50,680 nucleotides of DNA from Dehalococcoidia bacterium UBA2247 (lineage in GTDB: Bacteria; Chloroflexota; Dehalococcoidia; UBA2247): positions 1-50,680 of the forward strand of contig DDXZ01000001.1 in NCBI GenBank assembly GCA_002347295.1, in the 5' to 3' direction. Below, piece after piece: positions 1-8,388 of this stretch. How positions within the stretch are numbered: the stretch's first letter is position 1; each line of letters opens with the position of its first letter. Position numbers and translations under genes: made by a program. The notes beneath the pieces are model-generated. The model was not told the origin of the DNA. It saw only the letters and a program-made list of their open reading frames with translations, and made no database searches.

Positions 1-108
1 ACTGTCCTGTTATTCAGACAGTAGTCTTTACCTTAATGCCCTGGATCCTCGATCAGGTCGAGGATGACAAACGTGGAGGTGGTGTGGATTAATACTCCCT
101 CTCCTACC

Positions 109-184
109 ATTCCGATGCAAATCGGAATCCAGTGGGGATGGTAGAGAAAATAAACTATGCCGTCATTCCCGCGCACGCGGGAAT
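109..184. repeat. Two short hairpin modules of the '...hairpin...ATCCAG' family
   Basis: attccgat-gcaa-atcggaat at 109-128, followed by atccag. Palindrome attcccgcg/cgcgggaat at 165-184, followed by atccag. The same modules recur at 47158-47198, 49261-49300 and 46980-47020. Confidence 0.6.
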
Positions 185-210
185 CCAGGGTGGCCCCCCC
201 CACCGATAGT

Positions 211-1522
211 GTCCCGAATGTGGTGGAAAAAGGAATCGGCATATACTACCCTATAGGAAAGCCAAATAAAGACAAGGGAGGATATACCGATGAAGAAAGG
301 ATACCACAAGGGACAGGAATTGACCATGTCAGAGCTGGGGTTATCGCTGGAAGAGCTTGCCGGCCAGCCACTGGAGCTGTTCGCCAGGGAGGGAGCAAAG
401 CTGCTGTTAATGGTAGGGCTGGAGGAAGAGGTCACCGCTGCTCTCATGCGCCGGCCGTATGAGCGCAGCCAAGGCCAAGGTCGTCGGTTACCGCAATGGT
501 CACCGTGACCGCCGGGTAAGCTGCGGGGCCGGTGTAATTGAGGTACCGGTGCCTCGGGTCTCAGATACCGAAGAGGCCTTTCGCTCCCAGCTGCTCGAAG
601 CCTGGCAGCGCCGCAGCAAGCTACTGGAAGAGACGATTCCTCTCCTCTACGTTGAGGGGTTATCGACGAGGGACTTCAAGCGGGCACTCAAGCCACTATG
701 GGGAAAGAGCGGATTCTCCCGCTCCAGCGTTTCACGGGCAAATAAAGCCCTCAAGGAAGCAGTGCTGGTAGCTCACGGCATCACTCGTGAAGGGGAACGG
801 GTGGTCCTGCACCTGAGCCTCGGTGGCAGAGAGAGCACCGAGTCGTGGAAGGGAGTGCTGAATGACTTGATAGAACGGGGCTTAGGACGACCTCAACTAC
901 TCATCACTGATGGTAACCCGGGACTCCTTAAGGCGATAAAGGATGTCTGGCCGGAAGCTCCGCGGCAGCGCTGTGCTGTCCACCGTATCCGGAATGTGTT
1001 GGCGAGGGTGCCCAAGAAGAAGCAGGATGAGGTCAGAAAAGCAGTAACCCGTATATTCTACGCTGCCTGTTTTGACGATGCCCGTGATGAAGCCAGGCAG
1101 TTTCTGTCCCGCTACAGCCGGGGAGTTCCCCACCGCTTGCGAGGTCCTGGCCCAACACCTTGAGGAATGCCTCACCTTCTATCGCTTCCCCGAGCGTCAC
1201 TGGAAACACATCCGCACCTCAAACGTCATCGAGCGGTCTTTCAAGGAGGTCAAGAGAAGGACCAGGGTAGTCGGTCGCTTCCCGAACGAGACATCGGCGC
1301 TGGTGATGGTTTTCAGTCTTCTGGAGGAAGAGAGGATGAAGTGGCAGAAGGTCGGGATGAGAGCCGAGGATATCGCCTGGATAGAGGAGGCATCAAAAGC
1401 ATTGGAACAAGAACCAATCAGACTGGAATTCCTGGAAGAAATGCTGGTTGCTTAAAGGGATTGACTGAGATGGCAGAAGGGAATAGGATATGGCTAGATC
1501 AAATTTCCACCAGTTATGGGAC
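211..1522 (+). mobile_element. Decayed IS256-family insertion sequence
   Basis: Imperfect terminal inverted repeats: gtcccgaatgtggtggaaa (211-229) versus the reverse complement of 1504-1522 (gtcccataactggtggaaa), 15 of 19 identical. They bracket the broken IS256-type transposase gene. I found no clean target-site duplication. Confidence 0.65.
290..1455 (+). pseudogene. IS256-family (mutator-type) transposase, inactivated
   Basis: The reading frame is split over three track ORFs (290-508, 459-1163, 1072-1455), so there are at least two frameshifts. The segment between ...ANKALKEA and VLVAHGITREGERV... looks deleted, including where IS256 transposases carry the first catalytic Asp region. C-terminal IS256 hallmarks are present (TSNVIERSFKEVKRRTRVVGRFPNE). 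Confidence 0.8.
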
Positions 1523-1626
1523 GCAGCCACCACAACGCAAAGGTTAAAACCTTTCTGGATTCTCTGCACTCTGAGGGTTCCCGAGCCAGAGCATGGCAAC
1601 ATTTTGCATAACATCAGTTATTCATC

Positions 1627-2850
1627 TTACAACGTTCTCTGCTTTTCATTAACGAATTTTTCTAATACTCTGTCTAAATAGTTTATCTGTTCATCGGTAA
1701 TATCCTGGTGAACACCGATATGAAGCCCATTATCCGCAATATAGTCCGATTCAGGGAATTGTCCTTCTCTATAACCGAGATATTTGAATCCGGCACACTG
1801 GGTAGGCATGGTCTGGAACATATTGCGGCTGTCAATGCCGTTCTTTTCCAGGTAATTGACCAGTGCATCACGAGTAAAACCGGTACCTTCTTTCAAGATT
1901 ATCGGAAAGGCATGCGGCCCGATTTTCTCATGGGCTTCTTCCTGAATAGTAAACATATATTTATCATATTTTTGGATAACCTGCATCATAGCATGCAGGT
2001 TATGTGTCCGTTTTGTCAGTATGGCAGCATACTGCTCCAGCGCTCCCAGTCCAATCGCCGCTTCCAGTTCATTCATTTTGCAGGAGAAGCCAAAGCGTTC
2101 GAAGACGAAGCGAATATCCGTATGCGCCGGATTATTGAAACGTTTGGCGCAGTAACCGGAACCGGTGCTGACGACACAGGTCTCGCATTTGCAGGCACGG
2201 CCATGGGAGCGTAAAGAACGTAATATCTCTGCTTTTTCAGTATCATTAGTAATCACAATGCCGCCTTCTCCGGTTGTGATGATATGAGCAACATAGAGGC
2301 TGAAGGCCGCTAAATCTCCCAACGTGCCTACTTTTTTGCCTTTGTATTCGGCACCATGCGCTTCCGCCGCGTCCTCAATCACTTTTAAATGATGTTTCCG
2401 GGCGATTTTGCTGATCTCATCCATTTTTGCCGGCTTACCCATGAGATGTACCGGCATAATCGCGATGGTTTTTTCAGTGATAGCACTCTCAATCAAATCA
2501 GGATTAATATTGAGAGTTTCCCGTTCGACATCAACAAACACCGGCGTGAAACCGGCATGCAAAACGGCATTTCCGGTAGCGACAAAACTGAGCGCGGGAA
2601 GAATCACTTCATCGCCGCGGTGCGCACCATAATCATAGAGAACAGCCAGAGCAAGGGCGTCGGCATCGGTCCCGGTGCTCACTGCCACTGCTTCTTTCAC
2701 CCCATAAAGAGCAGCGAATTTCTTCTCAAATTCGCGTACCAATTTACCGCTGGAGATTCTTTTACTGTCCAGTGCTTCGTTAATCAGCCGCTTCGCCGTA
2801 TCGGTGATACAAATTGTGCCAAACGGGATGCCCATTTTTTTCTCAGTCAT
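1627..2850 (-). CDS. DegT/DnrJ/EryC1-fold PLP/PMP enzyme, sugar 3-dehydratase type (RfbH/E1/ColD-like) rather than a plain aminotransferase
   Basis: 407-aa ORF with the fold signature ...DLAAFSLYVAHIITTGEGG.... His189 (codon 2284-2286) sits where aminotransferases of this fold carry the Schiff-base Lys. It is followed by SLRSHGRACKCETCVVSTGSGYCAKRF (CxCxxCx8C), resembling the RfbH/E1 region. Confidence 0.7.
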   Translation of the reverse strand: MTEKKMGIPFGTICITDTAKRLINEALDSKRISSGKLVREFEKKFAALYGVKEAVAVSTGTDADALALAVLYDYGAHRGDEVILPALSFVATGNAVLHAGFTPVFVDVERETLNINPDLIESAITEKTIAIMPVHLMGKPAKMDEISKIARKHHLKVIEDAAEAHGAEYKGKKVGTLGDLAAFSLYVAHIITTGEGGIVITNDTEKAEILRSLRSHGRACKCETCVVSTGSGYCAKRFNNPAHTDIRFVFERFGFSCKMNELEAAIGLGALEQYAAILTKRTHNLHAMMQVIQKYDKYMFTIQEEAHEKIGPHAFPIILKEGTGFTRDALVNYLEKNGIDSRNMFQTMPTQCAGFKYLGYREGQFPESDYIADNGLHIGVHQDITDEQINYLDRVLEKFVNEKQRTL

Positions 2851-3075
2851 GACTCATTCCTCTAACAATGATAAATTCTACTTAAATTCCAAATCCTAAA
2901 ATCCAAATTCCAGATAAATTCCTAAATCCTAAAATCCAATTTCCAAGCACCAAATAACAAATTACAATTAAGCCTCAAGCTTCAAGTTCCAAATCTCAAA
3001 CTACGTTTAAATTACAAACACCAAATTCCAGATAAATAGTTTGTGTTTTGTGATTTGAGATTTGGAATTTTCTCC
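2851..3075. repeat. Imperfect long palindrome with an A+C-rich arm and a G+T-rich arm, built from AAATCC/AAATTCC-type units (family copy 1)
   Basis: Internal duplications: aaatcctaaaatcca occurs twice and ccaaattccagataaat occurs twice. Left arm ttccaaatctcaaa...acaaacac (about 2985-3018) pairs with gtttgtgttttgtgatttgagatttggaa (about 3039-3068). A core at 2943-2968 matches the reverse complement of 26248-26270. Confidence 0.6.
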
Positions 3076-4653
3076 TCAGGCGTATTTTCGTTTAATCTTG
3101 CGCTGGAGCATTTCCGTGATGTGCTCGGCGACATGAGCGCCAAATTTTTCTGTAATCAACTGTAAATACACAGGGTTGCGGAAATATTCGTCAAAAGCCT
3201 GGTCGCGAAAACGTAAAACCTCAGCCGCAGAGAGGTGTTTGGTGGGGAGAGGCAAGGTCTCTTCAGCATATTGCGAATAGCCGTGCCATACTTCAGGTAA
3301 TTTAATGTCCTGTTGAATCGCCTCTTCATACAATGTGGAGCCGGGATAAGCCATGGCAGTATAGAAGTTGATATACTCAAAGTTATAAGCTTTTGCCATA
3401 TCAAGTGTCGCGCGCATCGTCTCCAGGTCATCATCAGGAAGACCGAAGATAAAATTACCGATAATAGAAATACCTGCCTCTTTCGTCATTTCAATTGCTT
3501 TTTGGGTGACATCTTCTTTCGTTTTCTTACGAACACCCTGGCGGACTATCTCACTGGCGGATTCAAAGCCATAAGCCAGCCAGTTAATTCCCGCCTGTTT
3601 CATTTTGCGCAGCATAGGAGCAGTGACGGTATCCACCCGGGCATAAGCCCAGATATTCAAATCATAACCACCGGCGATAATAAGGTCGCAGATACGGTTC
3701 ACCCGTTCTTCATCGAGAGCAAATAGTTCGTCGAGGAACTTGATATTTTGCACGCCGTATTTTTTCACCAGCAAATCAATCTCGGCGACTACCTTTTCCG
3801 GACTGCGGAGACGAATTCCGGGTTTACCGTTATAGAGTGCTCTCACATTGCAGTAGCTGCAATTGAAAGGACATCCCAGGCTGGTGTAAATAGCGGCATA
3901 GGGCTGCCTGCGGTCAAGATGAGCGAAACAGTGCCAGTTATGTGCCCGATACTTCTCCATAGGTAATAAATCCCACGCTGCAAAGGGCAATTCATCCGGG
4001 TTAACCAGAGGCGCCGGAGGGCTTGCGATAACCTTACCCTGACGAAGATACCAGAGGCCGGGAATGGTACAACCGCTGACATCTTTGCCTGCTTTTAATG
4101 CTTCCAGGAGAGGCAAAACAGTAGCAAACCCTTCGCCCTGGCAAACAAAATCCGCTTTTTCTTCTTTGAGAGTCCGTTCGGGAAGAGCTGATGTGTGCAG
4201 GCCGTTGAAAAACACCTTGATATGGGGAGCCTTTTCTTTAATTGAAGCGGCAACCTCGCCGGCGGCCGTCATTTTGGGAGTAGAGGAAGCGGAAGGATTG
4301 GAACCGAGGACAATAATTCCCGCCAGCAGAGGATTATACTCCGCAACCCGGGCGGCTGTTTGCTGCGGGTTGAGATTCTCCGCTTCGGCATCGATAATCT
4401 TTACCGAATACCCTTGTTCGCGGATATATGCTGCGAGCACGCCCGCCCAGAGCGGCGGTTCGATACCGGCGAGGGAAGCACCCAATCCGCCATAGACCTG
4501 TGTCCGTGCTCCAGGATTGACTAAAAGTAAATCAAGCTTTTGTTCCAACGGATATTCTTTAACCTTCCCAAGTATATTTTTTATTATTGTAACCAGCGCA
4601 GGATGCCGGTGGTGATGCTGGCAACATCCAGGCCAAGATGAGAATGTAAACAT
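3076..4653 (-). CDS. B12-binding-domain radical SAM enzyme (class B type)
   Basis: N-terminal Rossmann-like B12-binding region (LLLVNPGAR...) and the radical SAM cluster motif GCPFNCSYCNV. The annotated 5' end overlaps the upstream gene by 70 nt. The true start may be the internal TTG at 4548 (codon 36, giving ..EQKLDLLLVNP). Confidence 0.85.
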   Translation of the reverse strand: MFTFSSWPGCCQHHHRHPALVTIIKNILGKVKEYPLEQKLDLLLVNPGARTQVYGGLGASLAGIEPPLWAGVLAAYIREQGYSVKIIDAEAENLNPQQTAARVAEYNPLLAGIIVLGSNPSASSTPKMTAAGEVAASIKEKAPHIKVFFNGLHTSALPERTLKEEKADFVCQGEGFATVLPLLEALKAGKDVSGCTIPGLWYLRQGKVIASPPAPLVNPDELPFAAWDLLPMEKYRAHNWHCFAHLDRRQPYAAIYTSLGCPFNCSYCNVRALYNGKPGIRLRSPEKVVAEIDLLVKKYGVQNIKFLDELFALDEERVNRICDLIIAGGYDLNIWAYARVDTVTAPMLRKMKQAGINWLAYGFESASEIVRQGVRKKTKEDVTQKAIEMTKEAGISIIGNFIFGLPDDDLETMRATLDMAKAYNFEYINFYTAMAYPGSTLYEEAIQQDIKLPEVWHGYSQYAEETLPLPTKHLSAAEVLRFRDQAFDEYFRNPVYLQLITEKFGAHVAEHITEMLQRKIKRKYA

Positions 4654-5519
4654 TCTCTGCTGGCATACTGAAAAACGTACTGGTTCTCTGTTCCTAATCG
4701 TTTCAATCGTGATTGGCAGCCATTATCCGCCATAACTTCGGCAACAATACTGCCGATGCCGCCGGCAACCAGGTCTTCCGCCAGTGTCACCACCGGCTTA
4801 TTCTTTCCCATAACCTGGAGCAGTAAATTATCATTAACCGGACTGAGACGGTAAAGATCAACAATTGCAGCATCAATAGAGTGTTTGAGCAGTTCCTCTG
4901 TCACTTTAAATGCCTGGTGCACCATCATTCCGGAGGCGATAATAGTCATGTCTTTGCCTCGTTTTAGTAATGCCAGGCCGTCAGAAAAGTCATGCTTCTC
5001 TTCATAGCGTAAAGGAAACTTTTCCCGGTCCAGACGGATATATTTCGGCCCGGGGTCGCGGTAAGACATCCCGGCAAAGGCGGCGACCATAATATTATCC
5101 GAGGGATTATAGACAGTCATGCCGGGAAGAATGCGCATAACGGCAGCATCTTCAGTGGCGTGATGGGTGGGACCGGATGTAGAATAAGAATACCCTGCTC
5201 CTACGCCAACTGCAGTGACATGAAGTTTCATGCAGCATAAATCAAGTTTAATTTGCTCAAAGCAGCGTAAGGTGACAAAGGGAGCAATAGAGTAGATATA
5301 AACAATTTTACCGCTTAGAGCAAGACCGGCGGCAATAGTTACCATGTTCTGCTCCGCCACTCCGGCATTGATATACTGGCGGCTAAGGTCGGTCCGAAAT
5401 TTATCCAGACTGGGAGCGCCAAAATCACCGGTCAAAAGCATGACCCGGTCATCCTGACGTGCGATATCATACAGGGCATCAAAAAAGGCGTCTCTCATGC
5501 TGATATCAGCAATTTTCAT
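4584..5519 (-). CDS. Transketolase, C-terminal (pyrimidine-binding) subunit of a split transketolase
   Basis: 311-aa ORF with typical TktB-like sequence (GDFGAPSLDKF..., GVAEQNMV, GPTHHATEDAAVMR). It overlaps the N-terminal subunit gene by 14 nt. Confidence 0.85.
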   Translation of the reverse strand: MKIADISMRDAFFDALYDIARQDDRVMLLTGDFGAPSLDKFRTDLSRQYINAGVAEQNMVTIAAGLALSGKIVYIYSIAPFVTLRCFEQIKLDLCCMKLHVTAVGVGAGYSYSTSGPTHHATEDAAVMRILPGMTVYNPSDNIMVAAFAGMSYRDPGPKYIRLDREKFPLRYEEKHDFSDGLALLKRGKDMTIIASGMMVHQAFKVTEELLKHSIDAAIVDLYRLSPVNDNLLLQVMGKNKPVVTLAEDLVAGGIGSIVAEVMADNGCQSRLKRLGTENQYVFQYASRECLHSHLGLDVASITTGILRWLQ

Positions 5520-6369
5520 GGTCTGACCCCCTGTTTAATTCATTCTCTTTCTGCTGCAGCTCTTCTCGTGCCAGGGAAATGTATTTTCCGGAAACAGAAG
5601 TCGCATGCCAGAGAGGGATATTCTCCATAAAAGAGAGTCCTTTCCCTTTGGTGGTTTGCGCGATTAGAACCAGTGGTTTCTCTGACTTCCGGGAGCGGAA
5701 ATTTGCTAATGCCTGGAGAATATCAGGGAAAGAGTGCCCATCGATAACAGTGGCATCCCAGCTAAAGGATTGCCATTTTTCAGCGAAAGGGTTTAAACGG
5801 AGAAAATTCTCCGTAAAATCGGTAACTCCCAGAAAATTGCGGTCTACAATAGCCACCAAATTGTTCAGTTGGTGATGTCCGGCAAACATGGCTGCTTCCC
5901 AGACAGAACCTTCCTGACATTCTCCATCGCCCAGCAAAACAACCGTCATATATTGCTCTTTATTCATCTTCGCTGCCAGCGCCATGCCCGAACCCAATCC
6001 CAGTCCATGACCTAACGAACCGGCAACAACTTCTGTTCCCGGGATATTATTCTCGGCGATTGCTCCCAGTATACAATTTTCCTGACAGAATGTTTCCAGA
6101 TTATGCAGCGGGAAAAACCCCTGGTCTGCCAGTATGGGATACAGGCTGATAGCATGACCTTTACTCATAATAAAACGGTCCCGTTCCGGCCAGAGCGGAT
6201 TTTCGGGGTCAACTCTCAGGATACCGCCATAGTAGAGAGAAACGAGAATTTCTACACTGGAAAAGGCAGAAGCGAGGAATCCGGTATTAGCACGCACGCA
6301 CATTTCCAGTGTTTGCCGGCGCACCCAGTTCGCTTTTCTTTCCAGTTTTATTATTTCTTGCCCTGACAT
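5506..6369 (-). CDS. Transketolase, N-terminal (ThDP-binding) subunit of a split transketolase
   Basis: 287-aa ORF with the ThDP motif region GSLGHGLGLGSGMALA and LLGDGECQEGSVWEAAMFAGHHQLNNLVAIVDRN. Confidence 0.85.
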   Translation of the reverse strand: MSGQEIIKLERKANWVRRQTLEMCVRANTGFLASAFSSVEILVSLYYGGILRVDPENPLWPERDRFIMSKGHAISLYPILADQGFFPLHNLETFCQENCILGAIAENNIPGTEVVAGSLGHGLGLGSGMALAAKMNKEQYMTVVLLGDGECQEGSVWEAAMFAGHHQLNNLVAIVDRNFLGVTDFTENFLRLNPFAEKWQSFSWDATVIDGHSFPDILQALANFRSRKSEKPLVLIAQTTKGKGLSFMENIPLWHATSVSGKYISLAREELQQKENELNRGSDHENC

Positions 6370-6390
6370 ATATTTGTTCTCCTGAAACTC

Positions 6391-7383
6391 TTAAGATTTC
6401 TCGGGCTCGTAAAAAATTATCTGACTGCCCCGATTTTCAAATTGAAAGGGGACATATAGGAGCTTATTTAAACTCTTCTTGATTTGAGTTTGTACTTCAG
6501 GCGGCGCGAAGAACAAAATAAATCCCCCTCCGCCGGCACCTAAAAGTTTTCCTCCCAGGGCTCCGGCACTGCGAGCAGCAGTATAGATATCATCAATCTC
6601 TGTTGTGGATATCTTATTGGTCAGGCTTTTCTTAAGGCACCATGTTTCGTGGAGCAGCTTACCAAAATCCGTTAAGTCATTACCATTGAGGATGGAGATT
6701 GCCTGGAATACCATTTGATACATTTCATGCAATGTTTTCTTTTTATTAGGGGTCTCTTTTATCTGTTCCCCGGCAATTTCAGAAGCTCTGCGCGAGAAGC
6801 CGGTAAAAAACAACATGAGACTTTTCTGGAATAGCGCCAGTTTTTCACCATTGATAGTAATCGGCTTAACTTGAATGGATGGTTCTCCTTTTCCAATTTC
6901 AATTTGATTAAAGCCCCCGAATGCGGCCATAATCTGGTCCTGCGAACCCACATTTTCTTTAATCATCTTTTGTTCGATATGAATAGCATTGAGAGCCAGC
7001 TCTATTTTACCCGGGATAGTACCTTTCAAGGCGTAAAGGGCATTTAAAAGACCGACGGTAAAGGCCGAACTGGAGCCTAACCCGCTCATGGCAGGCAAGT
7101 CACCGTCGTGGTGTATCTCTACTCCCTGAGCGATATTCATGAAGCGCAGAGTTTCCCTTGCCGAGGGATGCTGTATTTCATCAATATTACGGACCTGCTC
7201 CATTCTGGAATAGATTATACGGTGCTTATGCTCAAAGAACGGTGGTAAATAGCGGCAGGTAATATAGCAATATTTATTGATGGTGGTGCCTAATACGGCA
7301 CCGCCGTTTTCCTCGTACCATACGGGATAATCGGTTCCACCACCGAAAAAAGAAATCCGAAACGGAGTCCGACTGATAATCAC
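6391..7383 (-). CDS. hddA: GHMP-family sugar kinase, D-glycero-D-manno-heptose 7-phosphate kinase-like
   Basis: N-terminus RTPFRISFFGGGTDYP...GGAVLGTTINKYCY and GHMP motif PAMSGLGSSSAF. It sits with gmhA and gmhB in the same operon direction. Confidence 0.65.
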   Translation of the reverse strand: MIISRTPFRISFFGGGTDYPVWYEENGGAVLGTTINKYCYITCRYLPPFFEHKHRIIYSRMEQVRNIDEIQHPSARETLRFMNIAQGVEIHHDGDLPAMSGLGSSSAFTVGLLNALYALKGTIPGKIELALNAIHIEQKMIKENVGSQDQIMAAFGGFNQIEIGKGEPSIQVKPITINGEKLALFQKSLMLFFTGFSRRASEIAGEQIKETPNKKKTLHEMYQMVFQAISILNGNDLTDFGKLLHETWCLKKSLTNKISTTEIDDIYTAARSAGALGGKLLGAGGGGFILFFAPPEVQTQIKKSLNKLLYVPFQFENRGSQIIFYEPEKS

Positions 7384-7426
7384 GCTATTGTCTCACTATT
7401 ATTTATCGAATGCTCTCCCCAACTAT

Positions 7427-8359
7427 TTAGATATTACTGAACTGATTTCTTTTGATGACCTGATATCCTTTTATCAGTTCCGTGATACCCTGCTGTAATG
7501 ATACATCCGGTTGATAACCGGTAGCTTCAATCTTGGCATTACTCACGATGTAATTTCTTTTATCAGGGTCTTCACCGACCGAAGCTTCCACAAAGTAGAA
7601 AGCGGGTATCTGTTTTTTAATCTCTTCACATAATTCCCATTTACTTAAGTTAGCTGTGGAAAGACCAACATTATACGCTTCATTTTTCATTTTAGTGAAA
7701 TTATCCAGGCAATGGATAAATGCTTTGGCGACATCCCGGACATGAACATAATTTCTCTTGAAATGAGCTTCAAAAAGAATAATAAAACGATCGTTAACGG
7801 CACGATAGGTAAAATCATTTACCAGCAGGTCCAGACGCATGCGGGGGCTGACTCCAAAGACTGTTGCTAATCTTAACGTAATGGCATTGCCGGCATGCAG
7901 GACAGCTTGTTCTGCTTCTACTTTCAGACTGCCGTAGAGAGAGACAGGATTTAAGGGAGTATCTTCGGTACAGTAAATTCCTTCCTGTCCCACTCCGTAA
8001 CCACTGTTTGTTGTCGGATATATTATTATCTGGTTACTATGGCGTAATTCCAGAAGCATTTTAATAGCATCAAGATTAGTAGTGCGTGCTGCAATCGGGT
8101 CTTGAGCACAGAGGGGTGCTCCCGTTAAGCAGGCCAGAGGGATGATTGCATCCACATCCTTTAAATATTTTGAAATGACGGATTTATCACGTGTATCACC
8201 GCGAACTATGTCCAGATTTTTGTTATTACAGCAGTCGAGTAATGACGACTGGTTATACATGAAGTTATCCAGTGCCACGACCTTATGGCCTTGATTCAAT
8301 AGAGCTGGCACTAATATAGAACCAATAAAACCAGCAGCACCCGTTACCATTATTTTCAT
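7427..8359 (-). CDS. NAD-dependent sugar-nucleotide epimerase/dehydratase (extended SDR)
   Basis: Canonical MKIMVTGAAGFIGS Rossmann motif and SDR-like core. 310 aa. Confidence 0.85.
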   Translation of the reverse strand: MKIMVTGAAGFIGSILVPALLNQGHKVVALDNFMYNQSSLLDCCNNKNLDIVRGDTRDKSVISKYLKDVDAIIPLACLTGAPLCAQDPIAARTTNLDAIKMLLELRHSNQIIIYPTTNSGYGVGQEGIYCTEDTPLNPVSLYGSLKVEAEQAVLHAGNAITLRLATVFGVSPRMRLDLLVNDFTYRAVNDRFIILFEAHFKRNYVHVRDVAKAFIHCLDNFTKMKNEAYNVGLSTANLSKWELCEEIKKQIPAFYFVEASVGEDPDKRNYIVSNAKIEATGYQPDVSLQQGITELIKGYQVIKRNQFSNI

Positions 8360-8388
8360 GACAGAGTCTCCATTTCTTTACTCACGTA

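Noticed and set aside
2851-3075. Possible CRISPR array, because of the repeated aaatcc/aaattcc units (also at 26161-26298 and 47864-48025)
   Set aside because: There is no constant-length direct repeat alternating with unique spacers. The units are 6-15 nt, degenerate and contiguous, and each locus is organised as two complementary arms. No cas genes are present in the window.
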